From positions 1 through 43,652 of the forward strand of contig JADHYN010000008.1 in NCBI GenBank assembly GCA_016782425.1: a DNA stretch of 43,652 nt, written 5' to 3'. Shown piece by piece: positions 7,643-16,997 of the stretch. Each line of letters opens with the position of its first letter. Within the stretch, counting starts at the first letter, position 1. Below the pieces are notes generated by a model. It was not told the origin of the DNA. It searched no databases and saw nothing but the letters and a program-made list of their open reading frames with translations. Made by a program: the position numbers and the translations under genes. Source of the DNA: Candidatus Omnitrophota bacterium (GTDB lineage Bacteria > Omnitrophota > Gorgyraeia > JABMRN01 > RBG-13-46-9).

Positions 7643-8041
7643 ATGCCATCTGACGTAACAGGCAAAAAAGCTAAAATCGCTATTATAGATGATGAAAAAG
7701 CTTTAGTCGAAACTCTAAAATCCTTTTTAGAAGAAAGGGGTTTTTCTGTAATTAGCGCATATGACGGCGCAAGCGGCCTCGAATTAATAAAAAGAGAAAA
7801 ACCAGATATCATTATATTGGACATTACTATGCCGGAATTGGATGGCAGAGATGTCTTGATACAATTGAAAAAGAACGAAGATACAAAAAGCATTCCCGTT
7901 ATAATGCAAACCGTAAAAAACGAGCCGTTTGACGTGGATTACGGGATGGAATTAGGTGCGGATGACTACCTGCCTAAGCCGTGCGAGGTACACCGTTTAT
8001 TAAAACACATTGACGCTATCCTGGAAAAGAGAAAAGGATGA
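7643..8041 (+). CDS. Single-domain response regulator
   Basis: IAIIDDE, ILDITMPELDG, MQT, LPKP. Confidence 0.95.
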   Translation: MPSDVTGKKAKIAIIDDEKALVETLKSFLEERGFSVISAYDGASGLELIKREKPDIIILDITMPELDGRDVLIQLKKNEDTKSIPVIMQTVKNEPFDVDYGMELGADDYLPKPCEVHRLLKHIDAILEKRKG

Positions 8042-8047
8042 CCGCCC

Positions 8048-8440
8048 ATGAGTCATAACGAAGAAGTATCATATGGTGGATCCGAAAGAAGGCAATGTAA
8101 AAGAATCAGAAAGTCTTTTGTCATGCGCTTCCGCCAAAAAGATGATGCGGAAGGCGGCTGGAGCATGGTGACGACGAAAAACTTAAGCGCAAAAGGAGCG
8201 ATGTTTACTTACAATAAACCCCTGCCCAAGGACAGCTTTTTGGACCTGAAGATAAACTTTCCCAATATAAACGGACCCATAGAATGCATGGCTAAAATAC
8301 TGCGTTTTGAAAAATATCCGAACAGCTTGCTTTTTAACACTGCTGTTACGTTTACGGATATCGCTGAGAGCGCGAAAAATATAATCAACGAGACAGCTGA
8401 ATCATTCTATCTGCGAAAGGCGGATAGAATCGAACCGTGA
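8048..8440 (+). CDS. PilZ-domain protein (candidate c-di-GMP receptor)
   Basis: ERRQCKR (RxxxR) and NLSAKG (D/NxSxxG) motifs. Confidence 0.85.
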   Translation: MSHNEEVSYGGSERRQCKRIRKSFVMRFRQKDDAEGGWSMVTTKNLSAKGAMFTYNKPLPKDSFLDLKINFPNINGPIECMAKILRFEKYPNSLLFNTAVTFTDIAESAKNIINETAESFYLRKADRIEP

Positions 8441-8477
8441 AGTAGCCCTAAAACGTGTTAAAATTATAGCAATATAG

Positions 8478-8669
8478 ATGATAAAGACTATAATAAGGGA
8501 AGTACTGATATTGCTCGCCTTTGTCCTTCTGGGCATAGCCGGATACAAGATCACCATTTTTGCAAACATATACCTACCGCTTTCAATTACGGGAATTACC
8601 ATGCTCGGAGTGGCTGTAATCGGATACCCGTTATTTTTATTGATCCGTATCATATGGCCCAAGAAATGA
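8478..8669 (+). CDS. Small two-TM membrane protein
   Basis: 63 aa, two hydrophobic helices, basic C-terminus. Confidence 0.55.
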   Translation: MIKTIIREVLILLAFVLLGIAGYKITIFANIYLPLSITGITMLGVAVIGYPLFLLIRIIWPKK

Positions 8670-8768
8670 AAATAGCAACGTTCTGGCCCAGCCGGTAGTA
8701 AAACGGGTGCGCTGGATATGCGAGTTGCCTTACAAGGATTAAAAAATTTGGGAATGTCTTAAAGAAAA

Positions 8769-8806
8769 ATAAGGGTGAATAAGGGGAGATAAGGGTTGAT
8801 AAGGGG
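8769..8806 (+). repeat. 10-bp period ATAAGGG tandem repeat (4 copies)
   Basis: ATAAGGG at 8769, 8779, 8789, 8799. Confidence 0.85.
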
Positions 8807-8826
8807 CAGGCTTAAGCCTGCCCTAC
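8804..8826 (-). repeat. GTAG-type REP-like palindrome
   Basis: Perfect 20-bp palindrome GGGCAGGCTTAAGCCTGCCC; minus strand reads GTAG-GGCAGGC-TTAA-GCCTGCC. Confidence 0.7.
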
Positions 8827-8848
8827 TGTTTTATGGGACGGGAATTGG

Positions 8849-8898
8849 TTGCCTTTTCGAAAAACACCGTGTTATAATCACTATTCATAAGGAGTTAG
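8849..8898 (+). promoter_or_regulatory. Sigma70 promoter plus RBS module (copy 1)
   Basis: TTGCCT-18 nt-TATAAT with extended TG, then ATAAGGAGTTAG. Confidence 0.6.
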
Positions 8899-8901
8899 GA
8901 C

Positions 8902-9777
8902 ATGAAACGGATCAGGCATTTTATTGAGTATATTCTTTTACGCGCAATGATGGCGCTCGTCAATTTTTTCCCTATCACTATTTCTACCTGGATATCAAGA
9001 AGAATGGGAGATGTTCTTTTTTTGATATTATCGAGTAGAAGAAAAGTTGCCCTTAACAATCTTACCATTGCTTTCTGTAATACCAAATCTGATAGGGAAA
9101 AAAGAAAAATTGCCTTAGAATCTTTTCGTCATTTGATGACTTGCTACATGGAGCTTTTCAGGTTGCCTAAATTCGTAAAAGTGTCAGACAAACACGTCCA
9201 TCTTAATAATTCCGAACTTATTGACGAAGCTTTAGCCAGGGGTAAGGGGATAGTTCTTGTCTTGACGCATCTCGGCTCATGGGAATATCTTTCGTTTCTC
9301 GCGAAACAAAAGAAAAGCCCTGCTACCATATTGGGCAGGATTATCAGAAATCCTTATATCTACAAATGGGTCGAATCGTTAAGAAAAATAGGGGATTTGA
9401 GATATAAGAACAAAGACATTGGTATAAGGTGGATTTTTTCAGAGCTTAAACAAAATCACATGGTAGGTATTGTGATTGATCAATGGGCAGGTAACGAAGG
9501 GCTATGGATCGACTTCTTTTCCAGGCCAACTTCGACAACCTCTCTCCCGGCACGCATGGCAAAACATACAGGAGCTGCCCTTATTCTTGCATATTGCGTT
9601 AGGGTAGCAAGCGGAGAATACGAAATTTACGTAGAACCTGAAATACCTGTTAACAAAGACGATGATAACTGGGTAGAAAACACAACGAAAGAGCTCAACC
9701 GTATTGTGGAGCGCAAAATTCGCGCCTTTCCGGAACAATGGATGTGGATGCATAAACGCTGGAAAAATAAAGGATAA
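8902..9777 (+). CDS. Lipid A late acyltransferase (LpxL/HtrB family)
   Basis: THLGSWE (H-x4-E), IDQ, FFSRPT, PEQWMWMHKRWK. Confidence 0.92.
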   Translation: MKRIRHFIEYILLRAMMALVNFFPITISTWISRRMGDVLFLILSSRRKVALNNLTIAFCNTKSDREKRKIALESFRHLMTCYMELFRLPKFVKVSDKHVHLNNSELIDEALARGKGIVLVLTHLGSWEYLSFLAKQKKSPATILGRIIRNPYIYKWVESLRKIGDLRYKNKDIGIRWIFSELKQNHMVGIVIDQWAGNEGLWIDFFSRPTSTTSLPARMAKHTGAALILAYCVRVASGEYEIYVEPEIPVNKDDDNWVENTTKELNRIVERKIRAFPEQWMWMHKRWKNKG

Positions 9778-9789
9778 AAGGAGGGCGCA

Positions 9790-10284
9790 GTGGAGATATT
9801 TGATGCTATAGCAAAAAGGGCAAGCGTGAGAGAGTATAAAGGCGAACCCGTAGATAAGGCGCTTCTTGAAAAACTCGTGGATGCCGGCCGGCGCGCGCCC
9901 AGCGCAAGAAAAGTAGAGCCATGGGAATTTATTGTTGTAACGGATCAGAAGGCACTCAAGGAGCTGGGCCGTATAGCGAATACAGGTTCTTTCATAAAGG
10001 ACGCCGCAGCTTGCATTGTTGTATACTCAAGCGATACTAAATACTATCTTGAAGACGGCGCAGCGGCTACGGAGAATGTACTCATTGCGGTCTCGGGCCT
10101 GGGCCTTGGGGCGTGCTGGGTCGCGGGGGATAAGAAACCCTACGCGAGCGAAGTGTCTGCACTTTTAGGCGTGCCGAAGGAGTTCAAGCTGATAAGCCTC
10201 ATTCCGGTAGGATGGCCGCTTAAAGAACCCTGCCAGGAAAAGAAAAGAAGCCTCGCGGATGTCCTGCACCGGGAAAAATTCTAA
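9790..10284 (+). CDS. Nitroreductase family protein
   Basis: IAKRASVREY, APSA..EPWEFIVV, GLGACWV, IPVGWP; GTG start. Confidence 0.93.
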   Translation: MEIFDAIAKRASVREYKGEPVDKALLEKLVDAGRRAPSARKVEPWEFIVVTDQKALKELGRIANTGSFIKDAAACIVVYSSDTKYYLEDGAAATENVLIAVSGLGLGACWVAGDKKPYASEVSALLGVPKEFKLISLIPVGWPLKEPCQEKKRSLADVLHREKF

Positions 10285-10288
10285 TAAA

Positions 10289-10912
10289 ATGCCCGGACAA
10301 AGCTTGAAGGAAATATGCGAGACTGCCATGGAGGCCGGAAGAAGAATAGATCTCTCTGACTGTCATTATGGTGAAACAACCGGAGCGTGCGCTTTTCTCA
10401 AGCGGCCGACCAGTTACTATTTTTTCCTCGCCGGACTGGCCGGATCACAAAATCTTACCCGCACTCTTGAGATAGGGACAAACTCAGGCGGTTCTATCAT
10501 GTCAATTAGTAAGGGCCTCGATAAGCATGGCGTTATAAAGAGTCAACTCGTAACAGTGGATATTGTCCGTAAGAATGAAGAGGGGTTCGTGAAATATCCT
10601 CATGTAAGAAGAATAATAGGCGATTCGCTGAATGAGAAAGTTATAGAAGAAGCAGTCGCTTTGTTTGATGAGGAAATAGACCTTCTTTATCTCGACGCAG
10701 TGCATGAGTACGAACATACGAAGAAGAATATGGATATTTATGCCGGGAGGCTAAATCCGCGTTATGTGGTTCTCGACGATATCAGGCAATGCGATGATAT
10801 GAGGAAATTGTGGGGCGACCTAAAAGTGGAATTTAAAGACAGGGCCTTCGATGCTTCGGATATCAGCGGAAGAAAGGGCGCCGGATTCGGCGTTATAAGG
10901 CGAAGGGCGTAA
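10289..10912 (+). CDS. Class I SAM-dependent methyltransferase (Methyltransf_24-like)
   Basis: LEIGTNSGGS, VTVDI, GDS, DLLYLDAVHEY, VLDD. Confidence 0.85.
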   Translation: MPGQSLKEICETAMEAGRRIDLSDCHYGETTGACAFLKRPTSYYFFLAGLAGSQNLTRTLEIGTNSGGSIMSISKGLDKHGVIKSQLVTVDIVRKNEEGFVKYPHVRRIIGDSLNEKVIEEAVALFDEEIDLLYLDAVHEYEHTKKNMDIYAGRLNPRYVVLDDIRQCDDMRKLWGDLKVEFKDRAFDASDISGRKGAGFGVIRRRA

Positions 10913-10922
10913 AAGGGGAATT

Positions 10923-11582
10923 ATGCGATACGTTAGTGCAGAAAAGATGCGGAAGATCGACAAGGAGGCCCAGGAGAAATTCGGCATGCCCTCTGTAATC
11001 CTTATGGAGAATGCGGGGAGAGCTGTATATGAAGAGGCGCGGCGAATGCTCGGCGGTTCGAAGAATAAGAAAGTAATTTGCATTTCCGGCAAAGGAAATA
11101 ACGGCGGCGACGGTTTTGTGGCCGCAAGGCACCTCTTGAACAATGGCTTCAAAACAGAAATTTTCATGATAGGCAACCCACAAGAGCTAAAAGGCGACGC
11201 GAAAATTAATTACGAGATACTTCGCAAAATGAAAATCAGAATAAGGCCCTTGAAAAAAGATCCTGCCCTCTTCAACTTCAAAAAACAGTTAAAAAGCGCG
11301 AGCCTTTTGATCGACGCACTGCTTGGGACGGGTATTTCAGGGGAAGTAAAAGAGCCATATGCGAGCGTGATAGAACTCATAAACAGTTCAGAAAAGCCCA
11401 TACTCGCCGTAGATATTCCATCGGGGCTTAACGCGACAGATGGAAGGGCGCCCGGAAGCTGCATAAAAGCCACGAAGACGATTACTTTTGGATTTCCGAA
11501 GACGGGATTTATCAAAAATAACGGCCCGAAGAAAACAGGAAAACTAGTGGTAGCGGATATTTCACTTCCGCGATATAATTGA
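10923..11582 (+). CDS. nnrE: NAD(P)H-hydrate epimerase (stand-alone YjeF_N)
   Basis: [30 protein letters not shown]. Confidence 0.93.
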   Translation: MRYVSAEKMRKIDKEAQEKFGMPSVILMENAGRAVYEEARRMLGGSKNKKVICISGKGNNGGDGFVAARHLLNNGFKTEIFMIGNPQELKGDAKINYEILRKMKIRIRPLKKDPALFNFKKQLKSASLLIDALLGTGISGEVKEPYASVIELINSSEKPILAVDIPSGLNATDGRAPGSCIKATKTITFGFPKTGFIKNNGPKKTGKLVVADISLPRYN

Positions 11583-11587
11583 ATTAT

Positions 11588-12007
<420 letters not shown>

Positions 12008-12014
12008 AGCTGAT

Positions 12015-12065
12015 TTGCTTTTTGGAAAACCCCGTGTTATAATTAGCTTATATATAAGGAGTTAG
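12015..12065 (+). promoter_or_regulatory. Sigma70 promoter plus RBS module (copy 2)
   Basis: TTGCTT-17 nt-TATAAT; shares CCGTGTTATAAT and ATAAGGAGTTAG with the 8849 copy. Confidence 0.6.
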
Positions 12066-12112
12066 AATAAAGTGAAACGTCCCCTTACAATTAGGGACGA
12101 TAAGGGAAAATA

Positions 12113-12946
12113 ATGGAAAGAAAAGCAGTGAAAAAGGCTTGTATTTTTTTATTTGCATTTTTGGTGTTTTGCAGCGCATTTTTACCGGATGTGGCTGCGG
12201 AGACAGCCGCGGAGACGATTACGGAGACGGCCGTGGCGCCGGCTCCGGAGGCGATTCCGGAAATCCTTTACGCGACTTCTTACGAATGCCGTGATCTTAA
12301 TGGGGACTTAAGATGGCGGGCCTCGTATGAGCTGAAGCATAAAGAGGGAAATATTTATAGCGTAACTGAAAATGGTAAGGGGGTTTATTCCGGTTTTAGA
12401 GGAAAGGTATCATGGATAGCGGAAATGGAATTCAACGATTCCGGAGTCATCATGAGGCCAATATGGACGAAAAGGCGCGTTTTCAACGAAGCCGGAAAAG
12501 AGATTGCTGTCCAGACGCAGGATTTTGATTTTAACAAAAGAATCGTTACCTGTAGAAAAGAAGACCTTATCGGGAACAAATCCGTAGAGAAAAAGTTTGC
12601 ATTTACAAAGAACGTTATAACCCGCCTTCTTCAAGGGGTTTATACCCGGAGATTTATCGAAAGCGGAGAACCCTCAAGAGATATTCAGCTGGTGAGCCCG
12701 GAGCCTGCACTTTATAACCTTAAGCTTAAGAGGCTGGGGACAGAGGAAATAGAAATAAACGGCCGCAAAAGGAAGGCCTACAAAGTATGCCTGGATCCTC
12801 AATTAGGGGCCCTGAGTTTTATAAAAATCTTTTTACCAAAGGCCTACACCTGGCACTTTGCCAAGCCCAGATTCGAATGGTTAAAATATGAAGGCGTTGA
12901 GAACAGCATAAAATCCCCGATAGTAGAAATAACAATCCTGGATTAA
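12113..12946 (+). CDS. Secreted beta-rich hypothetical protein (DUF3108-like)
   Basis: Signal peptide, short E-T-A-rich linker, C-terminal GTEEIEINGRKRKAYKV pattern. Confidence 0.65.
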   Translation: MERKAVKKACIFLFAFLVFCSAFLPDVAAETAAETITETAVAPAPEAIPEILYATSYECRDLNGDLRWRASYELKHKEGNIYSVTENGKGVYSGFRGKVSWIAEMEFNDSGVIMRPIWTKRRVFNEAGKEIAVQTQDFDFNKRIVTCRKEDLIGNKSVEKKFAFTKNVITRLLQGVYTRRFIESGEPSRDIQLVSPEPALYNLKLKRLGTEEIEINGRKRKAYKVCLDPQLGALSFIKIFLPKAYTWHFAKPRFEWLKYEGVENSIKSPIVEITILD

Positions 12947-12955
12947 TAATCTAAT

Positions 12956-13927
12956 ATGATTCCAATACAACGTTTGCGGATAGCGACGCCCTATGGCGTG
13001 GCTGAAAGCATTAACTGGCTCATAAAAAATGCCCTGGGTCTCAGCAAAAAAAATGCCGGAATTGTTAAAGAAATCCCAAACACCTCTATTTTAAACGAAA
13101 ACACCAGATTCGAATGTAAGCTCGCTTTTATAGGGGACATAATGACCGCTGAAAATAGCTCTGTAAAGATTTCAGACGGGATGAAGGAATTCTTGAGCGA
13201 CGCTGATTATCTCGTAGGGAACTTTGAGGGAGTAATTACTAAAGAGCGAAAAGCGATTCAACCGTTTGCCTTTGATCAGCGGCACGACGAAAATATTATC
13301 GAAATGTTAACGGATCTTTTCGAGCCGCGAAAAACCTATCTTTCCCTTTCTAATAATCACGCCGGAGATTTTGGCGAGGAGGAGTTTTTAAAGTCGGCGA
13401 AGATGCTGGAGACGCGAAATTTCAACGTATTCGGCTGGCGCAAGAAGCCATTTTTTGATATTAATGATAGCATAAGGCTTATTTCGGGTACAATGTGGTC
13501 GAACCGAAACTGTAACTTTATATCGAGGCTCGAAAACGCAAAAAACCACATCAAGCAAGGGGCCTTTAATTTCTTTTACCCCCATTTTGGATATGAGCTT
13601 GAACTTTACCCGCGTCCTGGGATAGTTAAAATGGCAAGAGGCCTGATCCGGGAATTTGATGCTATAATAGGACATCATCCTCATTGCCCGCAACCTGTAA
13701 CAACCGAAGAATTCTCCGGAATCAATAAGCTTCTCGCGTATTCTCTGGGGGATTTTTGCGGCGTCTTAACAACGAAAAAGTATCAATACGGAATCTTGGT
13801 GAAAGCGGAATTGGCCAGGGATGAAAAGAAGAGAATGCTCATCGGTAAAGTCGAATGGCGCTTAACAAAGTGCAGTTCTCTCGGAGACGGAAATTTTATT
13901 GTGAGCTTAAGCGACGACCGCATTTAG
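12956..13927 (+). CDS. CapA/PGA_cap family metallophosphoesterase
   Basis: GDIM, GNFEG, NNHAGDFG, HFGYE, GHHPH, YSLGDF. Confidence 0.88.
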   Translation: MIPIQRLRIATPYGVAESINWLIKNALGLSKKNAGIVKEIPNTSILNENTRFECKLAFIGDIMTAENSSVKISDGMKEFLSDADYLVGNFEGVITKERKAIQPFAFDQRHDENIIEMLTDLFEPRKTYLSLSNNHAGDFGEEEFLKSAKMLETRNFNVFGWRKKPFFDINDSIRLISGTMWSNRNCNFISRLENAKNHIKQGAFNFFYPHFGYELELYPRPGIVKMARGLIREFDAIIGHHPHCPQPVTTEEFSGINKLLAYSLGDFCGVLTTKKYQYGILVKAELARDEKKRMLIGKVEWRLTKCSSLGDGNFIVSLSDDRI

Positions 13928-14035
13928 ACCACTATCAGAATTAAGAAAAAAATAGTCAGCTCCCTTATTACGCTGCTGTGACACAAGGCACAGGGGTTTG
14001 TGATAAAATACCTTCTTATTACAAGGAGGGTGACT

Positions 14036-14923
14036 ATGGAAACAAAAATAGAAGTAATGCAAAATATGACACCGGTTGAAAGATTAAAGGGCCACGTATA
14101 CAAACTGTCTCACGAGATAGGGGAAAGGAATATCTACAAGTATGGAAATTTGAATGAGGCGGCGGAATACATCATAGAAAAGTTCAAATCCTTCGGCTAC
14201 GAACCTGAGTTTCAATCTTACAGCGCTTGCGGCAAAATCTTTAAAAATATAATAGTCACAAAACCGGGTGATGAAGAACCCGGCAAAACACTCATTCTCG
14301 GCGCTCACTACGATAGCCACAAAAGTCCGGGCGCAGACGATAACGCGAGTTCTGTCGCGGGCCTTTTAGAGGTAGCGAGAAACCTCCGCGATAAAAAGTC
14401 GGCCTGCACCATAAAGTTTATCGCTTTTGCCAACGAAGAGCCCCCGTTTTTTAAAACGAAAAACATGGGAAGTAGGGTCTATACGAAGGCTGCAAAGGAA
14501 AAAGGTGAAAACATAAAAGGGGCGCTTATACTCGAGATGATAGGGTACTATTCTGATAAGCCGAGATCCCAGCACTATCCGCCGATTTTTAACTTTTTTT
14601 ACCCGAGCGCCGGTAATTTTATAGGCGTTGTCGGAAATTTCAGGTCCAAAGGATTCGTGAAAAATATAGTTTCGTCCTTCAAAACGGGCACGGATTTTCC
14701 GATTGAATGGGTCCTCGGCCCGAGCATTTTACCCGGTATTGATTATTCTGATAACTGGTCCTTCTGGAAAGAGGGATACCCTGCCGTCATGATAACGGAT
14801 ACGGCCTTTTATAGAAACCCGCATTATCACAAAGCGTCAGACACTTACGAAACCTTAAACTACGAAGGCATTTCCGAGGTAGTGAAGGGCCTTACAGCGT
14901 CATTGGCTCAGCTCGCGAATTAA
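14036..14923 (+). CDS. M28 family peptidase
   Basis: GAHYDS, PGADDNAS, NEEPP, YSDNWSFW, YHKASDT; RBS AAGGAGG. Confidence 0.92.
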   Translation: METKIEVMQNMTPVERLKGHVYKLSHEIGERNIYKYGNLNEAAEYIIEKFKSFGYEPEFQSYSACGKIFKNIIVTKPGDEEPGKTLILGAHYDSHKSPGADDNASSVAGLLEVARNLRDKKSACTIKFIAFANEEPPFFKTKNMGSRVYTKAAKEKGENIKGALILEMIGYYSDKPRSQHYPPIFNFFYPSAGNFIGVVGNFRSKGFVKNIVSSFKTGTDFPIEWVLGPSILPGIDYSDNWSFWKEGYPAVMITDTAFYRNPHYHKASDTYETLNYEGISEVVKGLTASLAQLAN

Positions 14924-14981
14924 AAAAATTTTGCAATTATAAATACCTTAAGTATACTTTATATTAGGAAAAAGAAACAAT

Positions 14982-16904
14982 ATGGATAGGAATATTTGTA
15001 AAGTTTTCGCGGAAAGAGTGCTCAAGCATCCTCAGAGCATTGCCATAGAGTGGAAAAAGGACAACCGCTGGGTAAGGATATCTTACGGCGAGCTCTATAA
15101 GAGTATAAAGGTATTAAGCGCTGCTATATCGGGCCTTTACGGAATTAAAAAGGGCGAGAAGGCCGCTATCTTAATAAGCAACCGGCCCGAGTGGCCGGTA
15201 GTTTTTTTTGCTTTGCTTTATGCGGGTGCTATACCTGTACCGATCAACCAGCATGGCGTTTTTGGAGAAATCGAGAATATCCTGGCGGATTCAGAATGTA
15301 AAATCGCGTTCACAGAAGGCAAAATCCCAAACATAAAGATTAAGACCGTAGAGATAGATTCAAGCGAATTTAAACACGCATTTGACTTGTTCCCGGAAGG
15401 CGACAGCGTCACGGAGGCTGATATGACAAGCGACGCCTGCATTATGTATACCTCCGGAACCACCTCAAGCCCCAAAGGCGTAGTGCTTTCACACGGGAAC
15501 CTCTTATCGAATAGCGATTCGCTTTACAAGCTTGGGCTCATGAAGCCGGGGGATGGCGTTGTAGCGGTTCTCCCGCTTTATCACACTTACGCGCTGGTTG
15601 TTACTACTCTTGCCCCGCTTCTTTACGGCGGCAGAGTGATATATCCGGGCAGCATGCGCAGCGAAGAGGTTCTACTTTCCATCAAGGAAGCGCGCGGAGC
15701 TATTTTTATAGGCGTGCCGCTTATTTTTAACGCTTTTCACAAGGCCCTAAAGGATTCGCTTAAAAAGATGCCCGGCTTGGTTCGTTTTTTGATTGGAAAA
15801 ATAGCGGATCTTTTATACGCAGTGCGAAAAGAAACAGGTATAAATCTCTCGAGATATTTCTTTTACAGCGTTCACCAGCGCTTCGGGAAGCATATGTACA
15901 TATTGCTAAGCGGCGGCTCAAAGCTCAAAAAAGAAATTGAAATCGAAATGACCAAATTCGGTTTTACTATACTGAACGGCTACGGCCTTACCGAGACCTC
16001 ACCCGTTTTAACGATGACCCCGCTTAAAAAACCGAAAATCGGATCCGTAGGCATTCCTATAGAAAATGTCGAACTTAAAATAGGACCTAAGAACAAGAAG
16101 GGAACCGGAGAAATACTTGTTCGCGGGCCGAATGTCATGAAAGGATATCATAAAAAAGAAGAGCTGACACGCCAGGTCATGGAGAATGGGTGGTTTAAGA
16201 CGGGGGATATCGGATACCGAGACGAAGAAGGGTATTTATTTCTTACAGGAAGGATGAACGATCTCATTACTCTGGAACTGGGATTAAACATATATCCGGA
16301 TGAGATAGAGAGCGTTTATTCGGCCGGGGTTCCGCTTAAAGAGATATGCGTTTTTGACGCCCCTTCCGAGAGAGGCGTGAAAAAAACGCCTGTTCTCTGG
16401 GCCGTTGCGGTTCCTGATATGGAATTTTTTAAAAAGAAAGGCATAATTAACCCGTATGACACAATAAGAGAGGCGTTTAAAAAGGCTTCGAGAGGATTGA
16501 GCATTCCCGAGAGGCTCATGGGATTTTCGCTGACTCTTGAGGTATTGCCGCGCACGCTTTTGGGAAAAGTTAAAAGGCGCGAGGTTAAGAAGCTTCACGT
16601 CTCCGGCGGAATCAAGGAAACCTTTCCTGTGTCCGAGAAGCCTGTCATGGCGGAAGACCTGGAGATATTAGAGCATCCGGAAGCCGGAAAGATAATAGAC
16701 TGCTTGAAGAACCAGACGAAGGTCAAAGAAATAACCCCGCGCGATTCTTTCGAACTGGACCTGGGTATTGATTTACTCGGGAGAGAGGAACTTGCCTTTG
16801 AACTCGAGAAAAAGATTGGCCTCGTGATAGAAGAGAAAGAGATGATCTCTATCTTTACGGTCGGGGAATTGATAGAGCACGCCCGGAAAGCGAAAAAAGA
16901 TTAA
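14982..16904 (+). CDS. Long-chain acyl-CoA/ACP ligase (AMP-binding) with degenerate C-terminal carrier domain
   Basis: YTSGTTSSPKG, GYGLTET, WFKTGD, LPRTLLGK; C-terminal DLGIDLL in place of DLGxDSL. Confidence 0.9.
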   Translation: MDRNICKVFAERVLKHPQSIAIEWKKDNRWVRISYGELYKSIKVLSAAISGLYGIKKGEKAAILISNRPEWPVVFFALLYAGAIPVPINQHGVFGEIENILADSECKIAFTEGKIPNIKIKTVEIDSSEFKHAFDLFPEGDSVTEADMTSDACIMYTSGTTSSPKGVVLSHGNLLSNSDSLYKLGLMKPGDGVVAVLPLYHTYALVVTTLAPLLYGGRVIYPGSMRSEEVLLSIKEARGAIFIGVPLIFNAFHKALKDSLKKMPGLVRFLIGKIADLLYAVRKETGINLSRYFFYSVHQRFGKHMYILLSGGSKLKKEIEIEMTKFGFTILNGYGLTETSPVLTMTPLKKPKIGSVGIPIENVELKIGPKNKKGTGEILVRGPNVMKGYHKKEELTRQVMENGWFKTGDIGYRDEEGYLFLTGRMNDLITLELGLNIYPDEIESVYSAGVPLKEICVFDAPSERGVKKTPVLWAVAVPDMEFFKKKGIINPYDTIREAFKKASRGLSIPERLMGFSLTLEVLPRTLLGKVKRREVKKLHVSGGIKETFPVSEKPVMAEDLEILEHPEAGKIIDCLKNQTKVKEITPRDSFELDLGIDLLGREELAFELEKKIGLVIEEKEMISIFTVGELIEHARKAKKD

Positions 16905-16927
16905 TAAATAGTGATCAACCGAAAAAT

Positions 16928-16964
16928 GCCGCCTCGAGGAAAACCCTTGAGGCGGCTTTGTTTT
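16928..16964 (+). terminator. Intrinsic terminator
   Basis: 12-bp stem GCCGCCTCGAGG/CCTTGAGGCGGC (one G-U) followed by TTTGTTTT. Confidence 0.75.
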
Positions 16965-16997
16965 GCAGGTATAATTAAGACATAAACGAAAGTAAAT

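Noticed and set aside
8674-8730. Weak nested hairpin GCAAC/GTTGC with CCAGC/GCTGG
   Set aside because: Only 5-bp stems with large loops; cannot be distinguished from chance
12196-12265. 12-nt degenerate repeats (GCGGAGACAGCC-like)
   Set aside because: In-frame low-complexity linker after a signal peptide; not found elsewhere in the window
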